Shown here: positions 12,186 through 24,209 of the stretch, in pieces
How the letters are laid out: the number at the start of each line of letters is the position of its first letter
Position numbering within the stretch: position 1 is the first letter of the stretch
Origin: Cetorhinus maximus
Taxonomy: Eukaryota
NCBI RefSeq assembly: GCF_964194155.1
Contig: NC_135901.1
Location: 8,184,001-8,248,000, forward strand
Direction of reading: 5' to 3'
Length of the DNA stretch: 64,000 bases
Program-made: the position numbers and the translations under genes
The notes under the pieces: generated by a model
Databases searched by the model: none
The model's input: only the letters and a program-made list of their open reading frames with translations
Told to the model about the DNA's origin: nothing

Positions 12186-12893
12186 TCACACATGAACCTG
12201 CTGGTGTCTCAACAAGTTGGATGGTCGGTTGAATCCCTTCCCACATTCGGAGCAGGTGAATGGCCTCTCCCCACTGTGAGTGCGTTGGTGTGTCTGGAGA
12301 TTGGATGACTGAGTGAATCGCTTCCCACACACGGAGCAGGTGAATATCCTTTCCCCAGTGTGAACTCGCTGATGTTGAATAAGGTGAGATGATTGTCTGA
12401 ATCTCTTCTCACAGTGAGAGCAACTGAATGGTCTCTTGTCAGTGTGAACAAGCTGGTGTTTAATTAGATCAGGAGAGGTTTTAAAGCAATCTCCACAGTA
12501 AAAGCATTTAAAAGGCCTCTCGTCACTATGAACTCTCTGGTGTGACCCCAGGCTGGATGACTTAGTGAATTCCTTTCCACACACAGAACAGGTGAACGGT
12601 CTCTCCCCAGTGTGACTGCGTCGGTGAGTTTCCAGCTGGGATGGAAAACTGAATCTCTTCCCACAATCCCCACATTTCCACGGTTTCTCAATGGTGTGGG
12701 TGTCCTTATGTCTCTCCAGGTTGGAAGATCTGTTGCAAACTTGTCCACACACAGAACACATGTACAGTTTCTCCCTGCTGTGAATGGTGTGATGTTTTTT
12801 CAGGCTGTGTAACTGGTTAAAGCTCTTTCCACAGTCAGTGCACTGGAACACTGTTACTCGGGTGTGTGTGTGTCTCGGTGCTTTTCTGGTCAC
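12186..12893 (-). CDS. C2H2 zinc-finger protein, 8 fingers (unit 2, subfamily B); start uncertain, first in-frame ATG at 12761
   Basis: 235-aa open frame of CxxC..HxxxH repeats with HTGERPF linkers; acceptor at 13055-13056; promoter P2 upstream. Confidence 0.8.
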   Translation of the reverse strand: MTRKAPRHTHTRVTVFQCTDCGKSFNQLHSLKKHHTIHSREKLYMCSVCGQVCNRSSNLERHKDTHTIEKPWKCGDCGKRFSFPSQLETHRRSHTGERPFTCSVCGKEFTKSSSLGSHQRVHSDERPFKCFYCGDCFKTSPDLIKHQLVHTDKRPFSCSHCEKRFRQSSHLIQHQRVHTGERIFTCSVCGKRFTQSSNLQTHQRTHSGERPFTCSECGKGFNRPSNLLRHQQVHV

Positions 12894-13189
12894 ACTGATG
12901 TTTGTAATCTTTTCCCACAGACAGATCAGAGAAACATTTCTCCTTCCACATTCAAAGGCTGATGATATTCAGGTCCTGATGAATCGACTGACTCTGAGAG
13001 GTGTTGATTTGATGTTTGGTTAGTTTTCTATGCAAATCATCTCCTTCTAATATCCTGCAGAAAGAGTTGACAGTGTCAGTATCGCTATAAGTTCATGTTA
13101 GAAATTCAAAACAGACAATTCTAGTTTCTAGTTTTCTCTCTCTGTTCTTCCAAACAAGTGATCTAAATCAAACTAAAAGGAGCCCCAAA

Positions 13190-13370
13190 AGGCAAAAAAG
13201 CAAATGGAATTTTCACAATTAAACCACAATGTTAATTGCAGTGACTATGAGACACTCTGCAAGCTGAGGGGCCCACTGTTTGTAGAAGGCATCAACCATA
13301 TGGATGGACACTGCATCCTCGCTGGCCCTGGCCACCAGGGGACAGGCAAGACCACAGAAGACTGACGCGT
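13190..13370 (-). mobile_element. Tx1/L1-like LINE 3' fragment
   Basis: ARASEDAVS...DAFYKQWAPQLAECLI* resembles the Tx1-clade ORF2 C-terminus. Confidence 0.5.
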
Positions 13371-13429
13371 GCCCAAAACAACAAATCCCGGGCACTGGGA
13401 CCCAGTTGGGAACAGATTCATCCCTGCAG

Positions 13430-13815
13430 CCCCGCCCACTCCCTGTTGTGTCACCATGACGTTTGTGCATGCGCTCTGCTCCCCGCTCAACCAAAATGGC
13501 GGCCGTTAATTTGAGCTTGTTCGGAAAAAAGAACCGGGCTGCAAACGGGAGTATCTCAGGGTCTTATTCGAGGTTTGGAGCCTTTACAAGATGTTTAGAA
13601 ATCCTCCCCGTCCTCCCGCCGCCTCCATCGATCTCTCCGTGTTTTCATTTCCTTACCAGCTTGAAGATAAGACAGACAAAAGACTCCGCATCGCCATTAT
13701 GGTGCATGCTCCAAACACTGGGCGGTACTGCGCCTGCGCACTGCTCTCCTCTGGTGGGGAATAGGGGACAGTCACCACCGCAGGCGATGCTGGGTAAAGT
13801 CCTCGCCATCGAATG
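13430..13815 (-). promoter_or_regulatory. CpG-island promoter P2 and leader exon of ZNF unit 2
   Basis: AAAATGGCGGC (YY1-like), ACTGCGCCTGCGCA (NRF1-like), homology to P1; minus-strand donor GTAAGG at 13656. Confidence 0.7.
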
Positions 13816-13989
13816 GCCTAATTGGTGAATCGTGAATCCTTTTTTTTGCAACGATGTGGGGATTGGGGCGAGTGTTGGGCAGTCAATAAAATTAGCAACC
13901 AAATTATACAGAAGCCCAAGTGCACAGAACCTCCATTATCCACCAAAAAGAAGGGAATTGATGGTGAATTGCAAATCCCCCAAAGTTTT

Positions 13990-14075
13990 ACCAAAACAGC
14001 AGCAATGACGCGGAATCCAATACCTCCAGTCAAATGTGAACTCAGCAGATGGGGTGACTGAGTGAATCCTTTCAG
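13990..14075 (-). pseudogene. Remnant of a ZNF last finger and 3' UTR
   Basis: Minus strand AAAGGATTCACTCAGTCACCCCATCTGCTG (KGFTQSPHLL), then a 3'-UTR-like ttggattccg..attgctgctgt. Confidence 0.6.
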
Positions 14076-14184
14076 TGAGTAACTGTCAGGATTGTCGTCT
14101 TGTGGATATTCCTGGTAGTGTATTTTTAGTTATACTGTCACACACCAATAACACAGAGAAACCTGGAAACAGGCTGCAGCTCCT

Positions 14185-14625
14185 TTTTTTTCATTCATCA
14201 CAGGATGTGGGTGTCACTGGCAATGCAGGCATTTATTACCATCCCTAATTGCCCTTGAGAACGTGATGGTGACCTGCCTTCCCAAACCGCTGCAATCCAA
14301 TTGAATTTTACTTTCTCTGAGCGGTTTTCACATGACCAAGTGGCTTATGCACCATTAAGCACATTGCTGTTGGTCTGGAGTCACCTGAAGACCAGATGAG
14401 GCTGGGATGGCAGATTTCCGCTCCTCGAGGATGTCAGGGGACCAGTTGGACTTTTGTAACAATGCATTCGTTTCATAATCACTGATAACAGCTTTTATAG
14501 TAGGTTTTTATTCCAGATTTATCGAATTAATTGAATTTAAAATCTCTAATTGTTGTGATGGGATTTGAACTCACATCTCCAGATCATTATTCCCTCTCGA
14601 TTAGTAATCCAGTAATGTAACCACT
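14185..14625 (-). mobile_element. tRNA-derived SINE with CR1-group LINE tail
   Basis: Reverse complement of the 11152 family, with gggatttgaac B box and a poly(A)-like end. Confidence 0.7.
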
Positions 14626-14629
14626 AAGT

Positions 14630-14943
14630 CTGGGCATGTCATCAGAATGCTTGAATTCAGATTGACAAACAGGTGCTGTACTCAGAGCTACACCAGGGAG
14701 GCCCTTCACATGGGACCAAAGGAAACTTTTCAAAGACAATCTCAAGGCCTCCATGACATTCTGTTCTATCAACATAAACACTTGGGAAGCAGATTCCCAA
14801 TCACCTCCAAAATGGTGATTCATCATCCAAAAACGTTTCAATCAACAAGAGCAGCCACTGAGAGAGACAAACAGCGAGGGCAGCTGCTCGTGTCAACAAT
14901 CCACCACCAACTCCACAGGCTGACAACCCCCATGTCCTCACTG
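14630..14943 (+). mobile_element. RTE-clade LINE 3' fragment
   Basis: KQVLYSELHQG...QRK.FKDNLKASM motif, typical of the RTE ORF C-terminus. Confidence 0.6.
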
Positions 14944-15177
14944 ATAAAAAACAAAAAACTGCGGATGCTGGAAATCCAAAACAAATACAGAATTACCTGG
15001 AAAAACTCAGCAGGTCTGGCAGCATCGGTGGAGAAGAATAAAGTTGACGTTTCGAGTCCCCATGACCCTTCAACAGTTCTGCTGAAGGGTCATGAAGGAC
15101 TCGAAACGTCAACTTTATTCTTCTCCGCCGATGCTGCCAGACCTGCTGAGATTTTCCAGGTAATTCTGTTTTTGTTT
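14944..15177. mobile_element. Fold-back Penelope-derived element with two inverted hammerhead-like motifs and a 15-bp TSD
   Basis: About 95-bp inverted arms; direct repeat CCCATGTCCTCACTG at 14929-14943 and 15178-15192; AGTT-CTGCTGA-A-GGGTC-ATGAAG-GACTC-GAAA-CG-TC-AACT at 15075-15114. Confidence 0.8.
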
Positions 15178-15479
15178 CCCATGTCCTCACTGTTGGGAGA
15201 GCCTGCAAGGCTAAAATAGGGCTCATTAGTCGTTTGTGAACCCACAGCTAACACTGACATCTCACTTCCGCCCAGTCATCGACAAGAAAGAATCATCCCT
15301 GACATGAGGGATTGTCAATGGATAACCACAATGTTATCTTCTTTATCTGCGGATCGGATGTCGGTTACGCAATTGCAGCAGCAGTTAACAGCCTCCTGTG
15401 AACTCCTCCATGTGATATCTTAGTGCAGATTTTCAACAATTTATTTTGAGTGTGTTTATGTTAAATGAGTTAATACTGA

Positions 15480-16275
15480 TTTTATAAACCAATTGTTAGG
15501 CCTCAGTTGGAGTGCCATATTCATTTCTGGGCATCACACTTTAAACAGGATTTCAAAGCCTTAGAGGTGATTTACTAGAATGGTACCAAGGATAAGAGGC
15601 TTCAGTTATATGGAGAGACTGGAGAAACGGGGATTGTTTTCCTTGGAGCAAAGGGTCAAAAATGGAGGTGGTGGCATTGTGGTATTGTCACTGGACTAGT
15701 AATCCAAAGACCCAGGAAAATGCTCTGGAGACTGGGTTCGAATCCCACCAAATCTCATGATGACCATGAAGTCCTTATCAAATGTCATAGAAACCCATCT
15801 GGTTCACTAATGTCCTTTAGAGGAGGAAATCTGCCATCCTCACCTGGTCTGGCCTGCATATGACTCCAGACCCACAGCAATATGGTTGACCCTTAAAATG
15901 CCCAGAACTGACACCACATGGACTGCAGCAGTCTGAAAGAAAAAAGATGCAATAGCAGTTTTCAAAATCATGAACGGCTTTGACAAACTAAAGAAAGAGG
16001 AAGGGTCTCCAGTGGCAGAAAAATAGCTAATCAGAGGACACAGATTTCAGAACATCTTTTTTAAGCAGTGTGTTTTTGTGATCTGGAATGCACTGCCTGA
16101 AAGGGTGCTGCAAGCAGATTCAATAGCAACATTCTTGGGAGAATTGAATAAATAGTTGAAGAGAAGAAATATCCAAGTCTAGGAGTAAAGAGCAGAGGAG
16201 TGGGACTAATTCGATGGCTCCACTAATGAGCTGGTACAAACATGATGAGCTGAACACCTTCCTTTAGCCCCTGTA
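15480..16275 (+). mobile_element. Old CR1 3' fragment with a nested SINE (15665-15935)
   Basis: Degenerate VRPQLE..FW...RLEK.GLFSLEQ plus CR1 tail; SINE A and B boxes. Confidence 0.7.
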
Positions 16276-17984
16276 CCATCTGAAGACAGTGGCAGATGAT
16301 GCTACCCAGAATGCTTCAGGTGGTAGAATATGGCCCAACAACATCAACAGGGATGCAACACTCAGATTTTTCTCCGTTTCTTTCGTGAAGGTGCTGTGTG
16401 ATGGTGAGGTTCAATCCCAGTCTGTTTACCCTCCTGTACCCTGCCAAGTGGTAATTCTGAGCTTATGATCCTATACTGTGAGCTATAATAACGGTATTTT
16501 ATTCAAGAAACAAGTTTTCAGACCAAAGGCTGAATTGCAGTGTGAATTATATGAGGAAATTCACATAGAGACTAAATAATCAAGTTAAAAACATGGAAAT
16601 GTGACAATCAAATACCGGAAACAGGTTCCAATTTAAAACTGGCAGGAAAAATATTTCCAATGATAATAATAAAATTGGACACCAGAAATGAAATAAAAGG
16701 CAGGTTATTTTCTGATAATAACAGTGGCAGAGTATAAGTGTAACAATGACACACACGGTCTGATACAGTAAGAGTGCAGATGGGGCCCGAAGGAAGAACA
16801 GCAAAGGTTTGGCTCTCTTTGAGTGTAACAAATACAGTGTTTGTTCCAATAATAAGAGTCAGGCTGCAGTGTGTTAGTGAATTCATCATTGGATCCAATG
16901 TGATGATAATACAGTCAGTACCTAGTGCACCAAAACCAAAGATTGGGTCTCATATAGCAGTGCGAGCGAGTCATGGTCTATTGATATAATATGATATCAA
17001 TGTGTTGCCTAATCCCTAATAACAGAGCCAAGGATCAATGCAATGTGAATGGGATGGGTTGAGTGTAATAACACAGACACGGTCTATTGGAATATGAACT
17101 GACGCCAACATTGACTAATTGGTGGCACTCTCACCCAAAGTCAGAAGGATGTGGGTTCAAGCCCTCTCCAGAGACCCAACCACATCATCTAAACTGATGC
17201 GCCTGGTGTCATTATAAATGGGAATCTCTGTTCTTTTGCTGGCTATTTTCTTAGACTCAGAAGGAGTGAAGGGAATGACAGACGGGACAATTCTGGGCAG
17301 TTGCTCCATCCAGCAAGGCAGGGATTTCTGGGACATGATTGCAGGTTTGAGGTGTCCGCCCACTCATTAAAAAACAACCTCTTCCTCTTTGGGTTTGTGA
17401 AGGGAGTTATGACAGCAGCACGCGAGACCGACTAGAGTCTGGTGTAAAAATAATCACAAAGGCCAATTCCAGTTCTTAATAACAGAGGTGGCTTTAACTA
17501 CAGGTAATCTTACATTAAGGGAGACAAGAGGCCGAATAAAGATTCGATTGTAATAGGAGGACAAGGTGTAAGGAAGCAATGATATTTGGGTGGCTGTGTT
17601 ATAGTGAGTGTCACAGGGAGGTGTGTGATAAAATAGGAGTGGAAATATCATGACAGAGATACGTGTGACTGACTCCACCTGACTGAGAGCTGTTATACCC
17701 AAGGGGAGGGTAATGACGACATGGGGAACTCCAGAGATTTCTGGTATCTGAGGTGACAATGGTGCATCTGTTAGAGGAACTGAAAAGAACCGGTTCCTTC
17801 TCACCCTTGCCTGCAGTTCCCGAGTTACACAGACACACAGGAAACAGATTTGACAGCTCGTCGAAACCAACGTTTTAAATCTTCTGTTTGAGACACATTA
17901 TGATTGAAAAGATCAAATGTTAAAACCTCAGGAGAGGAAAATTCAGAATGTCATAAAGATGAGTGAACCATCCAATTAGTCCCA

Positions 17985-18470
17985 TTCACTACAACTCTGC
18001 CAATTATTCCCTCTTCAAGTATTGATCCAATTCCCTTTGAAAATTGCTAACATATCTGCTTCCAAACCCCTGTCAGTATGTGCATTCCAGGTCACATCAA
18101 ATCACTGCGTAAAAATGTTCTCCTTATCACTCCCTCCGGGTCTGTTGTCAAATATCTTAAATCTCTGAGTCCTCTGATTACAAACCTTCCTGCTCCTGGA
18201 AACAGTTTCTCCCTTTCGACATTATTACCAATCCTTCCTCATTTTGAACATCTCCATTAAATTTCCCCCTAAGCTTTTCTGATCTAAGAAGGACAACCCC
18301 TGTTTTTCCTGCTCAAAAGAAGAGTGATGTTGGACTGGAAACCTTAAATCTGTTTCTCTGTCCACAGATGCTGCCAGACCTGCTGAATTTTTCCAGCATT
18401 TTCTGCCTTTCGCCATTTTTCCTTCTTTAATCAATCAAAAACCCTTCATGATATTGAACATCTCAATTAA
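17985..18470 (-). mobile_element. Old CR1 3' fragment with a degenerate Penelope family I repeat (18310-18410)
   Basis: CR1-tail similarity; tccacagatgctgccagacctgctga family I body. Confidence 0.55.
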
Positions 18471-19446
18471 ACAGGAACACACTGACATCGAGAGAGATAT
18501 AGTGGAAAGGAGAGACATAAACTGAGAGAAAAACTGAGACACTTAGAAAAACAGAAAGATGAGGTGGTGAGAGATAAAGCTGAGAAATAGAGGAAGCAAG
18601 GAATACATAATGATATGAGAGAATGATATAAAATGGAAAGGAGCAGGCTATCAGTTCCTGGCTATGGAGAGCAGAGGGAACTCAGTTACTGATCCACAGA
18701 CACGGCCACATATGTCCGGGAATGGAGACTCTGAACAGAAACAACAGGCTTATTTGTAAATGTCACCGCAATGTAATCTGTGTGACTCTGCCCTGACTCT
18801 CTGGCCAGATATAGGCCGCCTTGACAGATGTTCTTACCCGACTGTAGCCCCTGGATTTATTTTCTGCTCAGAAGTGAGATGTGTGGTTAGGAACCAGCAG
18901 CAGAGAAACAGGAAGTTGTGTTTCCTGAGAATGAAACAGCAGGTGTTAGTTTCATGTTATCTCCGAGAACAGTCTTCCTGCCTGTGAGGGTGACTCACTC
19001 TGACAGCATCAAAAAGAACCACACAGATTGCTGCCAGTCTCAGCATTACATTCACCTCCATTCCCAATTTAAAGATTTAAACATATGAGCTTATTTGGGG
19101 TTTTACCATATTCACTGAAGGGGGAAACAAGCTGATGGTTATCCTTGGGAGAAATAAGGGGAAATTATATAAAATGAATAATTTTGCCCAAAAACAGTTA
19201 TCAGAAAATAGGAGAGTTAAAGTGAATCGAGGCCTGTCTGAGAGTGAGAGAGTGAAACAGAGAGAGAGGGGAATGACTCTCTGTACGTTGAGCACTGCCT
19301 CAGACAGAGAAGAGAGGCTAAGTGAGGTTAAGTGTGTTAATTTTTTTCTCTCTCTCTGAGAAATAACCTAAGTGAGCTTAGGTGCTCTCTGAAACAGAGA
19401 GATTAAGTGACTCGGTATCTGAGAGAAAGAGGAGAGAAGTTAAGTG

Positions 19447-19613
19447 AAATAAAAGCAAAATATTGTGGATGCTGAAAATCTGAAATAAAAACAGAAAATG
19501 TTGGAAAAACTCAGCAGGTCTGACAGTATCTGTGGAGAGAGAAACAGAGTTGACGTTTCGAGTCCGTATGACTGAAGATGACCATACGGTCTGAAGAAGA
19601 GTCATACGGACTC
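19447..19613. mobile_element. Penelope family I fold-back element with a duplicated hammerhead-like centre
   Basis: Family I body; CTGAAGA-T-GACC-ATAC-GGTC overlapping CTGAAGA-A-GAGTC-ATACG-GACTC; imperfect flanking repeat gagaagttaagtga / gagagttgaagtga. Confidence 0.7.
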
Positions 19614-19864
19614 GAGAGTTGAAGTGAGTTTGTGGACAGATGTGCTCATATTGGTAATTGAATGGTCAATGTGAGATTGTTTTCTAAACAGCAGCACCCC
19701 AGAGAATGGGTTCCAGATAATTGTCAGTGCTATGAAAAGATTTGCAAAGATATTACATTTGGAATAAATGGAAATAAAGGACTAAAATACTTGCTGGGGA
19801 TAATTACTTCAGGAAATACATTGCAAACGTGAAGAATGATGCGTTCACAATCAGACACATAGAC

Positions 19865-20916
19865 ACAAGAACAAAGAAGAAAAGGACAGCACAGGAACAG
19901 GCCCTTCGGCCCTCCAAGCCTGCGCCGATCATATTGTCTGTCAACTAAAACATTTTGCACTTCCGGGGTCCGTATCCCTCTATTCCCATCCTATTCATGT
20001 ATTTGTCAAGTTGCCTCTTAAAAACCACTATCATACCTGCTTCCACCACCTCCTCTGGCAGCGAATTCCAGACACTCACTACCCTCTGCGTAAAAAACTT
20101 GCCCTGCACATCTCTAAAGTTTTCTCCTCTCACCTTAAATCTATGTCCCCTAATAATTGACTCTTCCACCCTAGGAAAAAGCTTCTATCTACTCTGTCCA
20201 TGCCACTCATAATTTTGTAAACTTCTATCAAGTCGCCCCTCAATCTCCGTCGCTCTAGTGAGAACAATCCGAGTTTCTCCAACCTCTCCTCATAGCTAAT
20301 AACCTCCAGACCAGGCAGCATCCTGGTAAACCTCCTCTGCACCCTCTCCAATGCCTCCATATCCTTCTGGTAATGTGGCGACCAGAATTGCACGCAAAAT
20401 TCCAAGTGTGGCCTAACCAAGGTTCTATACATTTGCAGCATGACTTCCCAGCTTTTATACTCAATACCCCTGCCAATGAAGGCAAGCATGCCATATGCCT
20501 TCCTGACTACCTTATCCACCTGCGTTGCCACTTTCAGTGACCTGTGGACCTGTACACCCAGATGCCTCTGCCCGTCGATGCACTTAAGGGTTCTGCCATT
20601 TACTGTATAATTCCTGCCTGTATTAGACCTTCCAAAATGCATTACCTCGCATTTGTCCGGATTAAACTCCATCTGCCATTTCTCTGCCCAAGTCTCCAAC
20701 CGATCTATATCCCGTTGTATCCTTTGACAATCCTCTTCACTATCTGCAACTCCTCCAACCTTAGTGTCGTCTGTAAACTTACTAATTAGCCCAGTTACAT
20801 TTTCCTCCAAATCATTTACGTATACTACAAACAGCAAAGGTCCCAGCACTGATCACTGCGGAACACCACTAGTCACAGCTCTCCATTCAGAAAAGCACCC
20901 TTCCACTGCTACCCTC
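19865..20916 (-). mobile_element. CR1 (HER1-like) LINE, 5'-truncated, relatively young
   Basis: 239-aa RT C-terminal ORF 20130-20849 (LGPLLF..KFTDDTK..WAEKWQMEFNPDKC) plus 3' tail. Confidence 0.93.
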
Positions 20917-21499
20917 AAGTGTGTGTGCGCACACACTCACACACACCATTTTGTGTTGAGCTGGTTTCAGTTGTGCCTGTTAACCAGAAGATAGATTTTT
21001 AATTGGATACCATTAGGATCCTGCAGCAGTCCATTCGACTGAGGAGACAGTTCTAGATTCTGTCTGACACTATCAGTGGGTCAGGTGGAAGCTAAATAGA
21101 AAATCCTGCAGGAAAAATAATCCTTAACATTAAAAATCAATCTGAGCAATTGACTCAGTACTACACCAGTGTGAATTAGTAAACTTTAACACAAGAAGTT
21201 TTATCACTAAGTAGTGTAAAGTACAGTGCACTAATGCTCACCTTTAGTCTTGCCCCTCAATCCTAGTTAATCACTGGGAGATTGTTACAAGATTCACCCC
21301 ATCCTTTCGACACAAATATTACCCACATAACACTTGAGTCATTAGAAATTGATGTGTGCTTCACTGTCCTTTTAAATATACTTCACTCCTACCAGCCTTT
21401 AATGATCAAAAACATAACAGGGTTATTAGCTGCTGATAGCTGTCAATGGGATTAAATTTATGCTTGAAATGATTAAATCCTCACATGCAAAACATATTT

Positions 21500-21790
21500 T
21501 GTTTTATTCTTTGATGGGATGTGGGTGTCACTGGCAAGGCCAACATTTGTTGCCCAACCTTAACTGTCCTTGAACAAAGTGGCTTCCTCAGTTATTTCAG
21601 AGGGCAATTAAGAGTTAACCACATTGCTGAGGGTCTGGCCTCACATGTAGGCCAGACCAGGTGAGGATAGCAGATTTCCTTCCATAAAGGACATTAGTGA
21701 AGCAGATGGGTTTTTACAACGATCAATGATAGTTTCATGGACACTATCACTGAGACCAGATTTCAATTGCAGATTTTGAATATCATGATG
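21500..21790 (-). mobile_element. SINE (11152 family)
   Basis: ttaaccacattgct..ggtctgg..tcacatgtaggccagaccagg body. Confidence 0.7.
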
Positions 21791-23045
21791 AGGTTAGAAG
21801 CCTGGTCAATATGCTCAGGTTCTGAAGGTGAAATCCACAATTTAGAGATTCTAAAATCAGTGTTGTCACTGTAACCAAACTGCTACTAAAATATTTAAGG
21901 AGCTAAGGTGACATTTTACATCTACAGTTTGACCATAACATTGGTTAATACCGTTACTGTTAAACTTCCAGATAATTCCACAAACAGCAACTTCAAGCAG
22001 AAGGAGCAGAATAAACGAGATGGAGAGAAACACGAGAGCCCACAGGCGAGGACCACATAGAGCAGGTTCACACACCCAGGGACGGGCTGGGTTGCCGTGC
22101 CTGGGGGTGGGGCGGGTTCACACACCCAAGGCTCACCGGGAATGATCAGAATAAGGAAACCGCCCAGAAAACTACCAGTAGGAATCTTCAGCTGAACACA
22201 TCACTCATTCTTAAAGGGACGAAAGGGGTCCTGACACTGTGAAGTTAAAGGGGCAGACACAGCTTCAGCCTTCTCTCTGTTACCTTTCTGATAGTTAAAG
22301 GCTGGTAGGAGTGAGGTATATTTAAAAGGACAGTGTGTGGGAAGCACACATCAATAAAACTGGGAATTCTTGGACATACGCTGCAGGTCGTTCTTTTTCT
22401 GGGAATCAAACTGTTGTATTATTGTCACAGCAGTTAACAGCCTCCTGTGAACTCCTCCAGCTTCTAGTTTAATGCAGATTTTAACCCAATAAATTTCAGC
22501 ATGTTTCGATTCAGCGACTCGGGACTGACACACAAACACGTTGAAACATTTTAGACTTATTAAGAGCCATTCTCCGTCTGGAAACTTAAACCTGCTGTTT
22601 CACTTTCAGTCAGGAACAGATCACAATTTTACACCAATCTTTCATTTGGCAGCACGTTTCCAGCATTCACCGTTGTTCTTCCTGACTCTAAACCCAGTTG
22701 TAAAAGAGCCTTCTGTTCTGTGTCTAGGAGCTCTGAACCATGGAAGAGAGCAGCTGGGACACATTTCTTACACACCTCAGGATTCACCCACATTGGGATT
22801 GTGCCGTCAGTGAAGAAAGATGAGAAAGACCAAAGTGTTGTTTGGGGGTCCCTCAGTGTGACCCTGATGGACTGTGTCCAGGCTGTAGTTCTGTTCCTAC
22901 CGTAAGATCCTCCCCCAGATTGTCCTTTCTGACTCCAGCTAGGTGGCGTTAAACACTCAGGTGGGGAAAAACAAAAATATACAAACAAAGCTGATTTATT
23001 TCACATTTATTCAGAATATTGAACCTCATCATCAGGTCAGGACAG

Positions 23046-24209
23046 TCAGAATGAACATGGTTCAGTCCTGGTATGATTAACAGCATCAACAGGAGTAGAA
23101 TACAAACCTTGCAATCGTTTGTGAATCCACTGGTGTGTTCGCAGGTGTGATGACTGAGTGAATGCCTTTCCGCAGGCATTACAGGTGAACGGCCTCTCCC
23201 CACTGTGAACTCGCTGGTGTTTCAGCAGATAGGATGAATGAGAAAATCTCTTCCCACACACAGAGCAGGTAAATGGCCTCTCCCCACTGTGAATGCTCTG
23301 GTGTGTCAGCAGGTTGGATAACTGAGTGAATCCCTTCCCACACACAGAGCAGGTGAACGGCCTCTCTCCAGTGTGTACTCGCTGGTGATTCAATAGGTTG
23401 GATGACCGGGTGAATCCCTTCCCACACACGGAGCAAGTGAATGGTCTCTCCTCAGTGTGAACCTGTTGGTGTGTCAGAAGGTTAGATGAACGAGTGAATC
23501 CCTTCCCACAGTCAGAGCAGGTGAACGGTCTATCCCCCGTGTGAAGTTGCTGGTGTATCAGAAGGTTGGATGAATTAATGAATCCCTTCCCACAGTCAGA
23601 GCAGGTGAACGGCCTCTCCCCAGTGTGAATTCGCTGGTGATTCAGTAGGGCAGACGGACGGCTGAATCCCTTCCCACAGTTGGTACAGGTGAATGGCCTC
23701 TCTCCAGTGTGAGTATATTGATGTGTTAGCAGATCCTTTTTGCTTTTAAAGCTCTTGTCACAGTCAGAACAATTAAAAAATTTGTTATCAGAGTGAACAA
23801 GTTGATGTGTCAGAAGGTGGGATGACTGAATGAATCCCTTCCCACACACGGAGCAGGTGAACGGCCTCTCCCCAGTGTGAATACGTTGATGTACCAGCAG
23901 ATCTTTTCTGCATTTAAAACTCTTCTCACAGTCAGAACATGTAAACGGTCTCTTATCAGTGTGCACAAGTTGGTGTGTCACAATGTGGGATGACCGAGTG
24001 AAGTCCTTCCCACACACAGGGCAGGTGAATGGCCTCTCCTCAGTGTGAACTCGCTGGTGTGTCCGAAGGTTGTACAAATGGGTGAATCCCTTCCCACAGA
24101 TGGAGCAGGTGAACGGTCTCTCCCCAGTATGACTGCGCCGATGAACTTCCAGTTGGGATGGGAAATTGAATCCCTTCCCACAGTCCACACATTTCCATGG
24201 TTTTTCCAT
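23046..24209 (-). CDS. C2H2 zinc-finger protein, 13 fingers (unit 3, subfamily B)
   Basis: 387-aa ORF from ACCATGG; 13 C2H2 fingers; two minus-strand AATAAA at about 22995-23011; acceptor at 24574-24575. Confidence 0.92.
   Translation of the reverse strand: MEKPWKCVDCGKGFNFPSQLEVHRRSHTGERPFTCSICGKGFTHLYNLRTHQRVHTEERPFTCPVCGKDFTRSSHIVTHQLVHTDKRPFTCSDCEKSFKCRKDLLVHQRIHTGERPFTCSVCGKGFIQSSHLLTHQLVHSDNKFFNCSDCDKSFKSKKDLLTHQYTHTGERPFTCTNCGKGFSRPSALLNHQRIHTGERPFTCSDCGKGFINSSNLLIHQQLHTGDRPFTCSDCGKGFTRSSNLLTHQQVHTEERPFTCSVCGKGFTRSSNLLNHQRVHTGERPFTCSVCGKGFTQLSNLLTHQSIHSGERPFTCSVCGKRFSHSSYLLKHQRVHSGERPFTCNACGKAFTQSSHLRTHQWIHKRLQGLYSTPVDAVNHTRTEPCSF

Noticed and set aside
14587-15226. 190-aa ORF and overlapping antisense ORFs
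   Set aside because: They run across an RTE fragment and the palindromic element; the mirrored peptides come from the palindrome.
17460-17640. Possible Tigger/pogo-like MITE fragment
   Set aside because: Only vague motif similarity; no matching TIR pair found.
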